Below, piece by piece: positions 55,070 to 56,508 of a stretch of 56,508 bases of DNA. This DNA is from a virus (taxonomy: Duplodnaviria > Caudoviricetes). How positions within the stretch are numbered: the first letter of the stretch is position 1; every line of letters begins with the position of its first letter. The position numbers and the translations under genes are program-made. The stretch lies in IMG/VR virus record IMGVR_UViG_3300042402_005492, positions 1 to 56,508 of that record. One strand, given 5' to 3'. The notes under the pieces are model-generated. The model did not search any database. It was not told the origin of the DNA and worked only from the letters and a program-made list of their open reading frames with translations.

Positions 55070-55135
55070 TACGATGTGTAATCACATATTAAAACCTAAA
55101 ACAAATTAAATTATAAACCTTTAAATGTTAAAACT

Positions 55136-55972
55136 ATGGCTATTAACTTAGACGCAATCAGAGGTAGACTGAACAAACTACAAAACACAACAGCTAAGAC
55201 TGTAGAACAATGGAAACCAGCTCCTGGTAAACATCAAATTCGATTAGTTCCTTACAAATTCAATAAGGAAAATCCTTTTATCGAATTACTATTCCATTAC
55301 GGAATTAACAACAAAACTTATCTATCACCACAATCTTTCGGTAGACCTGATCCGATTGTGGAATTCGCTGAAAAACTGAAAAGAATGGGCGATAAGGAGG
55401 ACTGGAAAAGTGCCAGAAAAATGGAACCAAAACTTAGAACTTTTGTACCAGTATTGGTAAGAGGTGAAGAAGGTGATGGAGTTCGTTTTTGGGGATTTGG
55501 AAAGACGGTATATCAAGAAATTTTAGGATACATTGCAGATCCTGATTACGGAGATATTACTGATGCACATCAAGGAAGAGATATCGTTGTTGAAATTGTA
55601 TCAGCGGAAGATAGTGGAACATCTTATCCAGTAACAACTATTAGAGTTAAACCAAAAGAAACACCTTTGGCTGATACTAAAGAAGCAACTGATAAGTTTC
55701 TAAATGAGCAAAAGAACATTACTGAACTTTACCAAGAACTTAGTTATGCAGAATTGAAAGCGGTATTAGAAGGTTGGTTAAATCCATCAGCAGGTGGAGA
55801 TGATGATGTGGTAGAAGCCGTATCAACAGAGCAACTTTCTAATGTAGCATCAACAGGAAAAACTCAATCGCATGATATGGGTGGACCTACATCACCATCA
55901 AAGGAAGTAGAAGCACCAACTAAAAAGTTGGATGATGTAGCTGCAGCATTTGATGACCTATTCAATTCTTAA
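55136..55972 (+). CDS. Single-stranded DNA-binding protein (T4 gp32-like)
   Basis: WKP..G...IRLVP, NPF....FHY, DPI, GVRFWGFGK.VY, YGDITD...G.D motifs; acidic C-terminus AFDDLFNS. Confidence 0.85.
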   Translation: MAINLDAIRGRLNKLQNTTAKTVEQWKPAPGKHQIRLVPYKFNKENPFIELLFHYGINNKTYLSPQSFGRPDPIVEFAEKLKRMGDKEDWKSARKMEPKLRTFVPVLVRGEEGDGVRFWGFGKTVYQEILGYIADPDYGDITDAHQGRDIVVEIVSAEDSGTSYPVTTIRVKPKETPLADTKEATDKFLNEQKNITELYQELSYAELKAVLEGWLNPSAGGDDDVVEAVSTEQLSNVASTGKTQSHDMGGPTSPSKEVEAPTKKLDDVAAAFDDLFNS

Positions 55973-55984
55973 TAACCAAAACTT

Positions 55985-56508
55985 ATGGCGAAAGCAACTA
56001 AGGAAGTGGACTTGGCGGAAATACTCGCCGAGTCCCTTAATAAACAATCAAAAGACCAGAAAGTAGCATTCTTTTTGGACAACAATGACTCCCCTACTAA
56101 TGTAGAAGGTTGGGTATCAACTGGAGCATCAATGTTGGATGTGGCAATTTCTAATAGACCTTATGGAGGTTTGCCTGTTGGTAGAATTACCGAAATCACC
56201 GGATTGGAACAAAGTGGTAAATCATTGGTATCAGCTCACTTACTTGCCGAAACACAAAAGTTAGGTGGTATTGCTGTATTGATTGATACTGAAAATGCTG
56301 TAAGTAGAGAATTCTTAGAAGCCATTGGAGTAGATACAACCAAATTACTTTATGTAACGGCTGAGACTGTTGAGCAATGTTTTGAATATACGGAAACAAT
56401 CATCGAAAAGGTGAGAGTTGCATCGAAAGATAAGTATGTGACAATTGTTGTGGACTCAGTAGCAGCGGCATCAACTGAAAAGGAGATGGAAGCTGATTAT
56501 GGTAAAGA
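55985..56508 (+). CDS. recA: RecA/UvsX-like recombinase, 3'-truncated (missing from the ORF track)
   Basis: STGASMLDVAIS...GGLPVGRITEITGLEQSGKS (Walker A), IDTENA, IVVDSVAA (Walker B). Confidence 0.95.
   Translation, partial: MAKATKEVDLAEILAESLNKQSKDQKVAFFLDNNDSPTNVEGWVSTGASMLDVAISNRPYGGLPVGRITEITGLEQSGKSLVSAHLLAETQKLGGIAVLIDTENAVSREFLEAIGVDTTKLLYVTAETVEQCFEYTETIIEKVRVASKDKYVTIVVDSVAAASTEKEMEADYGK

Noticed and set aside
1-56508. Stop-codon reassignment, as in some large Bacteroidota phages
   Set aside because: Genes tile densely under the standard code, with ORFs up to 3108 aa uninterrupted; TAG and TGA both serve as plausible stops.
1-56508. tRNA, rRNA, introns, inteins or insertion sequences
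   Set aside because: Intergenic gaps are short and AT-rich, and no such signatures were recognised by eye; a covariance-model scan would be needed to exclude small RNAs.

Overview
One co-directional (+ strand), AT-rich segment of a large T4-like (contractile-tailed, probably jumbo) phage. The host is most likely a Bacteroidota: five (T/C)TTG-N20-TAnnTTT(G/A) promoters, A-rich start regions without Shine-Dalgarno motifs, and a signal peptide followed by Gln. About 1-45.4 kb is a late virion module: end of an adhesin-like fibre, neck/head-closure/tail-terminator genes, three giant repetitive virion proteins (2987, 3108 and 2342 aa), sheath, tube, tail chaperone with a likely programmed frameshift, tape measure and baseplate genes. 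It is punctuated by a recurring ATATTTAT(A/T) putative late promoter. About 45.4-56.5 kb holds a thumb-less family A polymerase, a secreted nuclease, a GH19 endolysin, a PspC-domain protein, early small genes behind repeated terminator/promoter/leader units, a GIY-YIG plus split methyltransferase cassette, a gp32-like SSB and a partial RecA/UvsX. The most unusual signals are 12 phycobiliprotein-like CxRD repeats and blue-copper domains in virion proteins, a pervasive [ST]-[GAS]-S motif across structural proteins, long proline-free Gly-Thr-Ser tracts, a nested domain array, the thumb-less PolA and the order-swapped split methyltransferase. All calls are by-eye motif recognition; no database search was run.
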